NCBI GenBank assembly: GCA_951406725.2
Contig: OX597830.1
Location: forward strand, 60,078,001 to 60,142,000
Length of the DNA stretch: 64,000 nt
Direction: 5' to 3'
From: Octopus vulgaris
Taxonomy: Eukaryota
Shown: in pieces, positions 53,083 through 64,000 of the stretch
Position numbering within the stretch: the first letter of the stretch is position 1
Layout: each line of letters starts with the position of its first letter
Notes under the pieces: generated by a model
Told to the model about the DNA's origin: nothing
Database searches by the model: none
What the model saw: the letters and a program-made list of their open reading frames with translations, nothing else
Position numbers and translations under genes: made by a program

Positions 53083-54019
53083 ATATTGCGGAACCGCAAG
53101 CAGACCAACATCCTGAATCCAGTGAGGATTCCCTGTTTGTAAAAAATATAACCACAGACAACAACCGCCACTGGATCCAAGAGACAAAAGTCTTACCTTG
53201 CAGCAGCTTCTTTTTGGCAGGCTTAACACTGCCGGCTATCTTCTTCAGTGCACAACACAATGACGCATGCGTACACTGACAACAAAGACTCATGGGAAGT
53301 AGGTTAGTAAGCTATTTACCACACAGCCACTCCTGCGCCTAATATAATAAAGAAGTCACTAATATATGAACTTAATATAGCAGGTTTAGAAATTTTAATT
53401 AATAAAAATTGCAGAATTATGATAAGAAAATATTATCGGGTGTAGAAAGACAAAGAAGACGATTTCAGAATTAAAACATTTAAATATCGAATGTAGTGGT
53501 TAGGATCGAGGGTAAGTCTTATTGTTAACATTACGGTGGAAACTCAAGGCTTGTTACAGGAGTAATAGACCTCACGACAAGCAAATATTTGGTATTAATC
53601 AGAATATTTGCTACAGCGATATTTTTGCCTCAGTAACTCAGCGCTGAATCCGTCTGAAATTTAATGGAAAATAGGTCAGTTTGAAAACATTAATGTCCAG
53701 ATCACAAAAGCAAAGTTTGAAGGGAATGATTTCTAGATAGAAGCAAATTGGAAACAACACTTACTGGCCAAAGACAAAAAATAAAAATAAAAATATTGTT
53801 GCACAGTGTAATCATCCTAGATTGTATTTGTATGGACTCTTTCATACTTAGTATATAATTCATTAGACCCTAGTGTATTATTGGATTTCTCGGCTTCTAC
53901 AAAGTGAACTTTAAAATAATCCAACAAGCGACTTCCTGATCGCACGATTGTCCATAGCAGTAGGCAGGTTTTTGAAATTATTAATCCCAATGTTTTGTGT
54001 CTCTAACTGGTCGATGTAT

Positions 54020-54218
54020 CAATAGACGTAACTGATTGGTTGAAATTGCAGAAATTGAAGAAAAAAAAAACAACAAATATCTTACAAACTATAGAATTTC
54101 TCAATAAAGCCAAGAGAAAAAGATGTTTTATAAACACATTCTACCAGTATTCGAAGTTTAAAATTTTTTAGTTACCTAGAAATTATGTTAAAAACTGCCG
54201 TTCAAACCGAAAAGATCC
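54020..54218. mobile_element. single arm related to the 7370-7808 foldback element
   Basis: TGATTGGTTGAAATT..TTTTCTCAA..ACACATTCTACCA..AAAGATCC. Confidence 0.65.
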
Positions 54219-55067
54219 GATAAAAGTTAACTGATAATTAATTGTCATATTTCCTGATATTATCCACGGTGGCAAATATGTATTAGTAGTTTTGTCACAT
54301 TTGTAGAGATACAATCATTTGGAACAGTTTGCTATAAATTCTTAAAGAAACGGAAAGAACAGCGTTTAATATTCGAGCTTGGCTCCAGGTCACGGATAGG
54401 TTTAAATGAACGTTTTTCCTTTTCATGCTACGTATTCTCTCAGTTCATTAAACCCTTTCTCATCCTCCAACTCCTTTGTCACCTTATTTTCCCCTTTCAT
54501 CACACTCTCGACTTTGCCTGCTTCTCCCCACTCCAGCACCCTTTCTTTCTTCCTTCTCACACTGTTACTCTTCCCACTTCTTGTTCACGGATCTAACTCA
54601 CGTGATCCAGCGTTCCTTATCAGTTGTAGCGATTTTTTTCTCTTTAACTTCAAGGCTGTAAAACTCTGCCGCCTCTCATTTATTTCTCGCTTTTCAACTT
54701 TTTTTCTGAAGAAGGTCAGAGTCCGAAACGTTGACTTTTTCATTCTTCAGGGCAAGTTCACGGCATTCTTTCCATTCCTTTTACAACATAAATACAAGTC
54801 TTGACGACGCAGACCAGGTCCAGCCTCTTTAGAGCCTGATCTCACACACCCGCACACACCTAGATGTATGTATTTTAAATATACCCATATGTGTGTGGGG
54901 TGGTGTACGTGGCTGTGTGCTAAGAAGTTTGCATTCCATGGCATGATTCTGGGTTCGGTCCCCTTGGGTAAATGTCTGCCATATCCCCGGGCCTCATGAG
55001 TAGATTTGGTATATAAAACATATATATGTTTTATATACATACACACATACATATATACATACATACA

Positions 55068-55136
<69 letters not shown>

Positions 55137-55153
55137 CATATATATATACATAC

Positions 55154-55212
<59 letters not shown>

Positions 55213-55299
55213 TACAGGATAAATCTAACGATGTTTTATGTCTACTTTTCGAGAAATAATTTGGTGTATTGAGGAACAGACAACGGTGTTGGAGACCAT

Positions 55300-56030
55300 A
55301 AAGATTACAGTTGTAGTTGAGAAAAACTTATCTGACATGGAGGACTAGAAGTCATTTAAATATTGGAAAATAGTTTCTGTGTCCTGGTGATTTCCGGCAG
55401 ATATCAAAACTCCAACCTCTTGTTTAATATTCTGTGAACACTATTAAGGCTGTAAAGCGTACCATGGACATCCTGAAAACCAAGTTCCCCCAAACTGCAA
55501 TAGCTTTGGGAGTGTGTCTCCAGTAAAGGTGACCCCCACTCCTTTGAACAAACCCTTAAACTCAATTCAGACGGCTATGTGAAGCCGTTGGAAATTGCGG
55601 TCAAAAAATAAAAAAATATTTTTGTTGTTTTTGTGAAATCTCAGAAAATAATTAAAAATTCACATTTTTTATCAAATTATTTTGTTATATTTGTCTATCT
55701 TGGGTTGCTGCTTGAAGGCCATGTGTGTGGTAGCAGGATTCGGGTCCTTGCCATACTTCTAGAATGAGTCAGAAGTGTTTGTCGGAAAATTTCTTCGACT
55801 TTCCCGGTCCCAATTTTTGGCCTTCTAATTGTCTCGATTGTAATTTCACGAACAATTCATATGCGAGGCGAGATTGAGAAAGACTCTGCCTGCAACCCCG
55901 AGGCTGAGCTGGTGGCCAAGATCAAGGATGTGTTTGAATATCTTCCCAGGTACGCAATAAGGCATGCATTCGCCAGGTTCCGGAGCCGTCTTGGCATCGT
56001 GGTGGAAACTAAGGTTGGTACTTTGAGTAA
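55300..56030 (+). mobile_element. maT/DD37D-like (Tc1/mariner superfamily) transposase remnant
   Basis: Fragments KTKFPQT, FEQTLKLNSDGYVKPLE, W*QDSGPCHTSRMSQKCLSENF..FWPSNCLDCN and FRSRLGIVVE. Confidence 0.7.
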
Positions 56031-56175
56031 ATAGTTATCTGCTAACCATAATATAGTTGGTATTCTTTGATTTTTTAAAATATTTTAATTTTTGGATGGG
56101 ATATTATGTTTACTCTTTCTTCTGTGCAAACTGTCAAATTTAGCCCAAACATCTTATCTATACATATATATACTC

Positions 56176-56233
<58 letters not shown>

Positions 56234-56352
56234 CATTCCTTTTACAACGTAATACAAGTCTTGACGAGTCTTGACGAGTCTTGACGACGCAGACCAGGTC
56301 CAACCTCTTTAGAGCCTGATCACACACACACACACACACACCTAGATGTATA

Positions 56353-56385
<33 letters not shown>

Positions 56386-56431
56386 CTGTGTGTGCGTATG
56401 TGTGGGTGGGTGTCTGTGTGTGTGTCTGTGT

Positions 56432-56469
<38 letters not shown>

Positions 56470-56919
56470 AAAAGCTATATCATATTTTACCATTTCATTT
56501 CAAAATGTCTTGAGAAAAAATAATAATTTTCCAAGTGGCAAGCATCCATGACTCTGATGTGCAGCTCCAGTATCAGGAGCCGTGACTGAATCTAGTATAA
56601 ACCTTTCCAGGGACATGTCGCTAGTCTACTGTTGGTGGCTTTCCTGATAGGAGCAATTGTTGTTGCTTAACTCCAGATTAACCCTGATTGAACAGATGTG
56701 TAATCAATGGCATTCCAAAAATAAACACCCTGTTTTTCTTTTGCTCAGGTATTGTGGATAAGAAGTATATTATTCGATATATACCTGTCTTTACAATTCA
56801 TTAATCTGTAATTAAATCTGTGGCTGTCTCTCGCAGATTGATCAACCACCTGGATAATTCCTAGATATCTTGCTTAAAGTTTTGAACTGGTCACCGTCAC
56901 TTACTTTACTTGTATTTGT

Positions 56920-57240
56920 GGCGACATTCACCCTAGGTGGGTTGAGTCGGCTTCTTCTTTGGAAGAAGTTTCGTGGAAATATGTGGATTTCACAAGCAGT
57001 CCCCAACAATCCCGCACGTGGAGACATCCTGTTTACCGCAGATTATCCGCAGACGCAGGGACAGAACGACCGAGGAACCGCCGGTTGCCGAAACAGACAC
57101 TCCGAGGTTGTGGCCCTAGTACCACACGGTGTCAGACCAATCCGCCTTGGGTGGCTCTGCCAGGAACCGAAGTTCCCGACGGCATAGCTCTGACACTACC
57201 CGTTACCAGCGTCCCCACCACGGCGAGGAGGGGATGGACT
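56920..57240 (-). mobile_element. 5' UTR of an RTE-clade element (structured, Expander/Rex3-like leader)
   Basis: Reverse strand CCTCGCCGTGGTGGGG..AGAGCTATGCCGTCGGGAACTTCGGTTCCTGGCAGAGCCACCCAAGGCGGATTGGTC resembles conserved RTE leaders (recognised from memory). Confidence 0.55.
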
Positions 57241-57959
57241 TTGGGTCACCGTCAGCCAACGAAACATTTGACAATTGCACAAACCTGCTCCACTGCTGAC
57301 TTTTTGAACATTATTCATACTTAGGCCCTTTGAATGTTGTTTTGATAAGACATCATACCAACAATAGATTACAGTTTGTCATAAAGTAGTTATGTAGCAA
57401 TGAACAATAAAGGACGGCTCGCTTATAACGCACCAACATAGCAGCAAAAAGGAGATAGCAGTTATTAATAACATAGCTGCACACAAGAGGTGACTGTTTG
57501 TTATAGAAGAGTGCATGTTTTAAAGTTTAAAAAAATGCTGCTTGTGAAACATGTCTAGGAAACAAAACACAATACATATATTTCAATATGTTAATGTCCT
57601 ACAAACATCAAATTTAAATGGAGAGGACTATCACGGATGTTGACACGGTGCAGTTAAACTAACATTGTACGCGGATATTGACACGATGTAGTTAACCTAG
57701 CATTTTAGGATTATTAGTAGTACAGCTTGTCAGTTGTTCTGCTGGATTAAATATCCTCGTCACTAATGTTGAGTAGATTTTTGGGTTGTTAGGGTTAAGG
57801 TGACCTCATTTTATTTCACTGTATCCGGCAATACGCTTAACTTTTAATGGCCTTGATCCAATGAGAGAGCCTATACACGTGCACTAGACATGCTAAAAAT
57901 AGCAGTAAACCCCCCTAAATTCATATTATACTACTTTAAAAAAAACAAGAGTGCATTGG

Positions 57960-58490
57960 TTAGCATAGTCCATGAGACACTGGATCAACAGAGCGTTTAT
58001 GTTGCTTGGTATCGAGTTTGATCCGAACTTCTTGTTGAAAAGGAACTGGGAAAGGCTTACAAACAGATCTCACCTCGAAATGAGCTGAGGATAAGCTGTC
58101 CTTGAAAGGAGGGGCAGAAGTAATGTACGCGTATATCAGCACTGCTATGTATTAGCGCCTGACCGCTTGTACTTTGTTCGAGACTTCGTCTGACCAGATT
58201 AGGGGGTCTTCTTTCCTTTTTGTAAAAGTATCGTATTCATGCTCGCAGCCGGTTCATTTTGTCGCCAACATTGTGTGTGGAGAAGACTCGGTAAGCCGTG
58301 ACTTGTGATGTGCAGACATGCTTCAAAGCTGTCGCACGTTGTCAAGCACTTCCTCCTACATGTTTCTTTGTCGGGGATGTAATTTTGGTCAAGCAAGATG
58401 ACCAATGGTCACCTGATATCGTGAATGTTGTCAGGTTCAAGCCCTTTACCAATCGAGTCAAAATGCATGGTGAAACTTCCACCTCTACTA
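57960..58490 (+). mobile_element. possible degenerate Gypsy integrase C-terminal fragment
   Basis: QALPPTCFFVGDVILVKQDDQWSPDIV resembles the LP.L..GD.V.V...W.PG.V pattern. Weak. Confidence 0.3.
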
Positions 58491-59099
58491 CTTATGCATA
58501 TATATATATATATATATATATACGCAAATGAACCCACGCATACTTCCCCTATACACACAGCACACACTCATACATACACGCACACAATTATACATACATG
58601 TACATACACACAAGCACATACAGCACCCACGCACACTTAAACAGAGTAAAGTACAATTACTCCACACGCACATCCCCACGCATAAACACATGCACACACG
58701 GATACACACATACATACGCACACACACAGTGCCAACAAAACACGCACACACTACATATACACACATGCACGCACACATACTTCAAACTATCAGTATCTTT
58801 TACTCACCATTCTCCTACGCACATGTGTATGTGGACACTCAACAGGCAGCCACTCCTACCAAAATTTCTTACTATAAATTCTTCCTATGGCATTAAAAGA
58901 TAGTAAGCCCAACTACACACATAGATAAACAGCCACAACCATACACACACACACACGTGCTACATTACACAAACACACACACATACACACACACAGACCT
59001 GCGCACACGCACATACCCACACATACACACACTTACCTCCTTCTCTTGCACTCTCCTGTCTTTGAAAAACCTTTTCTTCACCCATTCCCTTCCGGTCAT

Positions 59100-59302
59100 T
59101 TCAATATGTGACCGCGTGTGTATCGTTGGTGATTTTCTTTCTCCGTCTTCCCTTCTTTGGACTTTTTCTATATTTCTGACGAAGAGCTCCGCTCGAAACG
59201 TGAAATCCCCCCTTCTTTCTTTACTGAGCGTCCAATAACACTGTACTTATTCCACGTCCTCGCGTTGTTGTGTTTTCTCTTTGTTCATGTTTGGATTAAC
59301 TA
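59100..59302 (+). repeat. Penelope-like terminal fragment with minimal hammerhead-like core
   Basis: attt-CTGACGA-A-GAGC-tcc-GCTC-GAAAC-GTG-aaat at 59172-59206. The downstream TTCCACGTCCTCGCGTTGTTGTG also occurs inverted at ~34945-35010. Confidence 0.55.
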
Positions 59303-59590
59303 TATACGTATACGTACGTACCTGTGTACATATATACATATGCATATGTGGGCACAGGACGTCACAGAGCGTAAACAACAACAAAAAATACGAAGTACGA
59401 AGACGTGTGTGTGTGTGTGTCATTATTCAGATTTATTTCAAGATTTCTTGCCAATAGAGAAAGAACCGGTTCCTAACCTAGATCCAAGGCTCCTTCATTG
59501 GAATTTCAACATCAACAAAAGATATTTTTGTATGTATTTATGTATGTATATGTACAGATTTATAAGTTTTGTTTTATATATGTATTCTCA

Positions 59591-59669
59591 TGCATATAGC
59601 TGCATATGTAGCCATGCTCATATGTAGGTAGGTATGTATGTATATGTTTATGTATATGTTTATGTAAAC

Positions 59670-59707
<38 letters not shown>

Positions 59708-59818
59708 GTATATATATGTGTGTGTGTGTGTAGATATGTTTACATACATATATATACATAAACATATACATACATACCTACCTACATATGAGCATGGCTA
59801 CATATGCAGCTATATGCA
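59591..59818. repeat. near-perfect 228-bp palindrome built on microsatellite-like sequence
   Basis: TGCATATAGCTGCATATGTAGCCATGCTCATATGTAGGTAGG.. is mirrored by ..CCTACCTACATATGAGCATGGCTACATATGCAGCTATATGCA. Confidence 0.88.
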
Positions 59819-59902
59819 ACACACACACACATATATACATATATGTGTGTGTGTGTATGTATATACATGTATATATATATATATATATATACGTGTATGT
59901 AT

Positions 59903-59949
<47 letters not shown>

Positions 59950-59979
59950 TATATATATATATATACGTACGCATGTATG

Positions 59980-60021
<42 letters not shown>

Positions 60022-60946
60022 CACATGTACATACGCGTACAAATATAAGTGTGTCTAGCTGTCTATCTTTACCTCTACCTCTTCCTCTCCATATTTTTGC
60101 GGTTTGTCTACTTGCGTATCTTCTGCATCTCTACACCTTTGTATGCCTTACCTTTTAGTGTTTCTACCTTTTCTTTGTCCTATCTATTTCATTCATCCCA
60201 CCTCTTTCCTTTCCTCTGTCTTTCTTCCTCCTTTCTTTCCTTTCCTGTCATTTATCACACATGCATTCGTACGTTCCTTCCCTTTTTCCATCTCATTCAC
60301 CTCCCCCCTCACCGCCTCCACGCTTCCTTCTGTATCTCTCTCACTTTAATTTGATTAAAACCTGAACTTACGTACAGAAATCTCTTGAATGGCATCGGTG
60401 GAGGGCAAAGTTAGGTGGAGTGGTGAACTTCCGCGATTTAGATTAAATATATACAAATGTTGAAAAAAAAAATATTTTCTTGAAAAGTAAAGAAAAGAGG
60501 GTGAGACAGAAAGGAGGGAAAGAGATGAAAGAGAGAAGGAGAAAGAGAGAGCGAGAGAGAGAGAGCGGAAAAATGAGAAAAAGAGAGAAACAGAAATAGG
60601 AAGGAAGAGGAAAGAGTGAGATTGGAAGAAGACAAAATTCAAAAGAAAGAGACGTGGAGAGAGAAGTGAAGAAGACAGAATTTTTAAATGTTAAAAACTG
60701 ATAAAACAAATAAAAAAACAAAATGCGTTGCTATGGTTGCAGGTAGTCAAACTGTGGATAAATTTTGCACTATGTAGATATGAGCCGTTTTCAAATATGC
60801 GTGGATATATTCTTAAAGAGAACATGCCGAGTATCTTACCATCTTTATTCTGTAAAGAAAGGTGATGTATGCGAGAAGCTTCCAGGAATATGTCGTGGCC
60901 TAAATCGAATTTGGAATGGAAAGCAAATGCGTGGGTGGCTGATAAC

Positions 60947-61165
60947 TTACTCTTTTACTCTTTTACTTGTTTCAGTCATTTGACTGCGGCCATGCTAGAG
61001 CACCGCCTTTAATCGAGCGACTCGACCCCGGGACTTATTCTTTTGTAAGCCCAGTACTTATTCTATCGGTCTCTTTTGCCGAACCGCTAAGTAACGGGGA
61101 CATAAACACACCAGCATCAGTAGTCAAGCGATGTTGGGGGGACAAACACAGACACACAAACATAT

Positions 61166-61208
<43 letters not shown>

Positions 61209-61370
61209 CATATATACGACGGGCTTCTTTCAGTTTCCGTCTACCAAATCCACTCACAAGGCTTTGGTTGGCCCGAGGCTATAGTAGAAGACACTTGCCC
61301 AAGGTGCCACGCAGTGGGACTGAACCCGGAACCATGTGGTTGGTAAGCAAGCTACTTACCACACAGCCAC
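60947..61370 (-). mobile_element. SINE family A, full length
   Basis: Identity to other copies. Confidence 0.9.
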
Positions 61371-61721
61371 TAAGATATTTAAGGATTATGAGATGTCTCT
61401 GTGACGATGTTGCAATCGATAATAGCAATGATTTAAATAATTGATTGTACAGATCATTAACTAGGTTCAATCATCAGTTACTCAACACAAATATCTGCTG
61501 TAGTAGTTTCAAAAAATAAAGCCATATGTAAAACTCTTTTCTTGTACTCCTTTACTTATTGTTTCTAGTCATTGGGTTACGACCATGTAGGAGCATCAAA
61601 CTTCAAAACACTACCTACTTTGGTATATATATTCGGCGTGCGATTCACGCACACGTCCACTCACTCACTCACTCACTCACTCACTCTCTCTATCTCTCTC
61701 TCTCGCACGCACACACACACA

Positions 61722-61815
<94 letters not shown>

Positions 61816-61818
<3 letters not shown>

Positions 61819-64000
61819 CCTTAAATCCTTAAAAATGTTTTAGCCCGAAGGCCGCGGCCATGCTGGGGCACCACCGCTGAATGAGCTACACTAGTTTGTG
61901 AATCCACCTCTGATACGTGGCACTTGATCAACAAGGGAGTTCGATGCTGCTGCCCGCATCCGTGTCTCCTGTCGTGAGGTAGGTTCATCTGGGACTCCCA
62001 ACAAGAAGAGATTCAGTTTAGTTTTAAAGAAACCCACATCCACACCATGTAAGTCTCTCAGGCATTTAGGGAGGATGTTAAAGAGCTGTGGTCCTCTGAA
62101 ACCCAAGCTGTTGCAGTATCTGGACCTGTATTTTGATGGTGATGTTGGAATCCTTGGCACCACGCAGCGGCGCCCGTTCTGCGGTTGGAGTAACTTTGAA
62201 TGCCAAAGTTTGGGACAAGACCCTCCAGGATTTTCCAGATGTATATCACTGCATATCTCTCCCGCCTCCGCTCCAGGGAGAAGAGGTTTAATACCTTCAG
62301 TCTTTCCCAGTAGCTGACATTTTGCATTGAGACGATTTTCTTTGTGTAGCTTCTCTGAGTTGCTTCGAGTTCTGCTGTTTGTTTTATATTGTGTGGTGAC
62401 CAAAGTTGGGAGCAGTAGTCCAAGCGGCTGAGGACAAATGTTTTCCATAGGACCATCAGTATCTCCTTCTCTCTTGTTCTGAAAGTTCGGAGAATCCATC
62501 CAGCTAGCCGTCTGCATTTTATCACCAGATTAGCAATATGCATTTGGAAAGATGCATCATTGCTCATGTCAATGCCCAGGTCACACACTGATTTTGACTC
62601 AGGGATTGCAATTCTTCCTGGGCCAGTGTATCCAGTCTTCACGTCATTTACCTTTGTGTGCCAGTAGCACAGGGCCTGGAACTTACCTGCATTAAACTGC
62701 ATGTTGTTGTCCTCAGCCCACCTGTATATTGTGTCCAGCTCATGTTGCAGATGCGCAATATTTTCAGGGTTTTGTATTGCGTGGGAGACTTTTGTGTCAT
62801 CTGCATAGCTAGCAAGGGTGGTCATCGTAGCAACTGAAGGCATGTCTGAAAGGGCTACTATGAACATCAGTGGCCCCAAGACAGTGCCCTGTGGGACACC
62901 GCTTGTTATTTGCGTTTCCCTGGAGGTGGCTCCATTGCTCACAACTGCCTGTTTTCTGTCTTTTAGGAAGTTGTGCAGCCACTCTCCAAGTTTCCCGCCT
63001 ATGCCGAGACCACGCAGTTTGTGACAGATCATACCATGGTCGACTTTATCAAAGGCTTTTGCAAAGTCAAGATATATTACATCCACATTTGAGCCATTTA
63101 GTAGCTGTTTCAACACCCAGTCATAGTGTTGCAGGAGCTGTGTTAGGCAGCCTCTACCTGGTCGAAATCCATGCTGGGTGTCAGACAGTAAGTCATTTTC
63201 TTCAAGGAACATGATTAGTTTCTTACGGACTATTCGTTCCATGACTTTGCTGATGTGTGAGGTCAGAGAGATAGGCCTATAATTTTTAGCATCTGCTCTG
63301 CTACCTCCCTTATGGATAGGGCATATTACCCCCTCTTTCAGTTTGACTGGGAGCTTACCACTTGCAAGAAAGCTCTGAAAAAGAAGCTGTAGCGGTTTTG
63401 CAAGGGCTCGTTTGCACGATTTGAGAAGGATCGCTGGGAATCCATCAGGTCCAGCAGCTGAGTTTGTGTCAATCTCATCAATGGCTAGTGTGATATCATC
63501 TTCTTCGATGTTGATGTACTCAATTTTTGTCTCTTTGGCCGCTGGTAAAGTGGCAAAGAATTCTTCTGGGTTGTTTACTTGCCTGTGTCCTAGAGGTGTA
63601 GTGAACACACTTTGGAACTGTTCGTTCAGTATTTCACTTATCCTCGTGGGATTTCCTGTGAGAGAGCCATCTTTTTGGAAGAGAGGTCCTATTCTCTGGT
63701 GCACTGTGGCTGTCTCTTTGGCAAACTTAAAGAAAGCTTTAGGGTTTGATTTTATATTTTCTATTACCCAAGCTTCTTTATCTGCTCTCTCCTTTTCATG
63801 GGACTGATGTAGACTTTTCTCAGTTTCCATTAGCATTCTTTCGAGCCGAGACTTCTCACCACTTTTGGTGTGCTTGCTCAGGCGGTTTGCAATCCTTGTC
63901 CGTCGTCTCATAAGAATCCTCCTTTCTCTAGGGATCCTGTTTTTGTTCTTGTGTGTGCTGGCCCTGCACATTGGGACATATTTGTCACATATGGCTTGTA
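61816..64000 (-). mobile_element. CR1/L2/Jockey-group LINE (runs off the window end) with (TTAAGGAT)n tail
   Basis: RT frame followed by a short 3' UTR GGTGGTGCCCCAGCATGGCCGCGGCCTTCGGGCTAAAAC and the repeat tail. Confidence 0.9.
61891..63971 (-). CDS. LINE ORF2 reverse transcriptase, one frameshift near 62175
   Basis: GPDGF, NYRPISLTS, QHGF, DFAKAFDKVDH, GVPQGTVLGPL, YADDTK and YWERL in 62058-63971. The C-terminus RRCVVP..GPQLFNILP..VPDEP..AASNSL lies in the 61891-62517 frame. Confidence 0.9.

Larger units (their letters stand above)
50969..53308 (-). mobile_element. ORF1-only (HAL1-like) non-autonomous L1/Tx1-type retroelement
   Basis: Approximate 9-bp TSD AAGCTACTT/AAGCTATTT, ~730-bp 5' leader, a single gag/ORF1-like frame with CCHC knuckle, T-rich 3' UTR ending AATAAA, and no RT motifs. 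Confidence 0.65.
50560..53339 (-). mobile_element. SINE family A split by a 2.3-kb insertion (parts 50560-50968 and 53309-53339)
   Basis: Body stops at GGTAAGGAAGCTACTT and resumes at AAGCTATTTACCACACAGCCACTCCTGCGCC. Confidence 0.85.

Overview
Eukaryotic, AT-rich DNA saturated with microsatellites. The tRNA-derived SINE families and (TA)/(CA)/(TATG) density look like a cephalopod (Octopus-like) intron or intergenic region; the taxon is inferred, not proven. I could not recognise any host protein-coding exon, rRNA, true tRNA or CRISPR array. Nearly all long ORFs in the track are either transposon remnants or translations of simple repeats. Retroelements: two 5'-incomplete CR1/L2/Jockey-group LINE RT regions (587-2386 and 61816-64000, both minus), RTE-clade pieces, a 2.3-kb ORF1-only (CCHC knuckle) retroelement inserted inside a SINE, and about 35 SINE copies from four families. 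DNA transposons: an IR-DR Tc1 element, two Tigger/pogo remnants, Chapaev3-, hAT- and maT-like remnants, and several MITEs. The most unusual signals are the ORF1-only element, hammerhead-ribozyme-like cores in short repeats flanked by (TA)n, a SINE/LINE shared 3' end with a covarying hairpin, an inverted twin tRNA-like element, several large foldbacks, and a unique-looking island with RFX X-box-like and nuclear-receptor-like motifs. Family names come from motif recognition only; no database searches were run.
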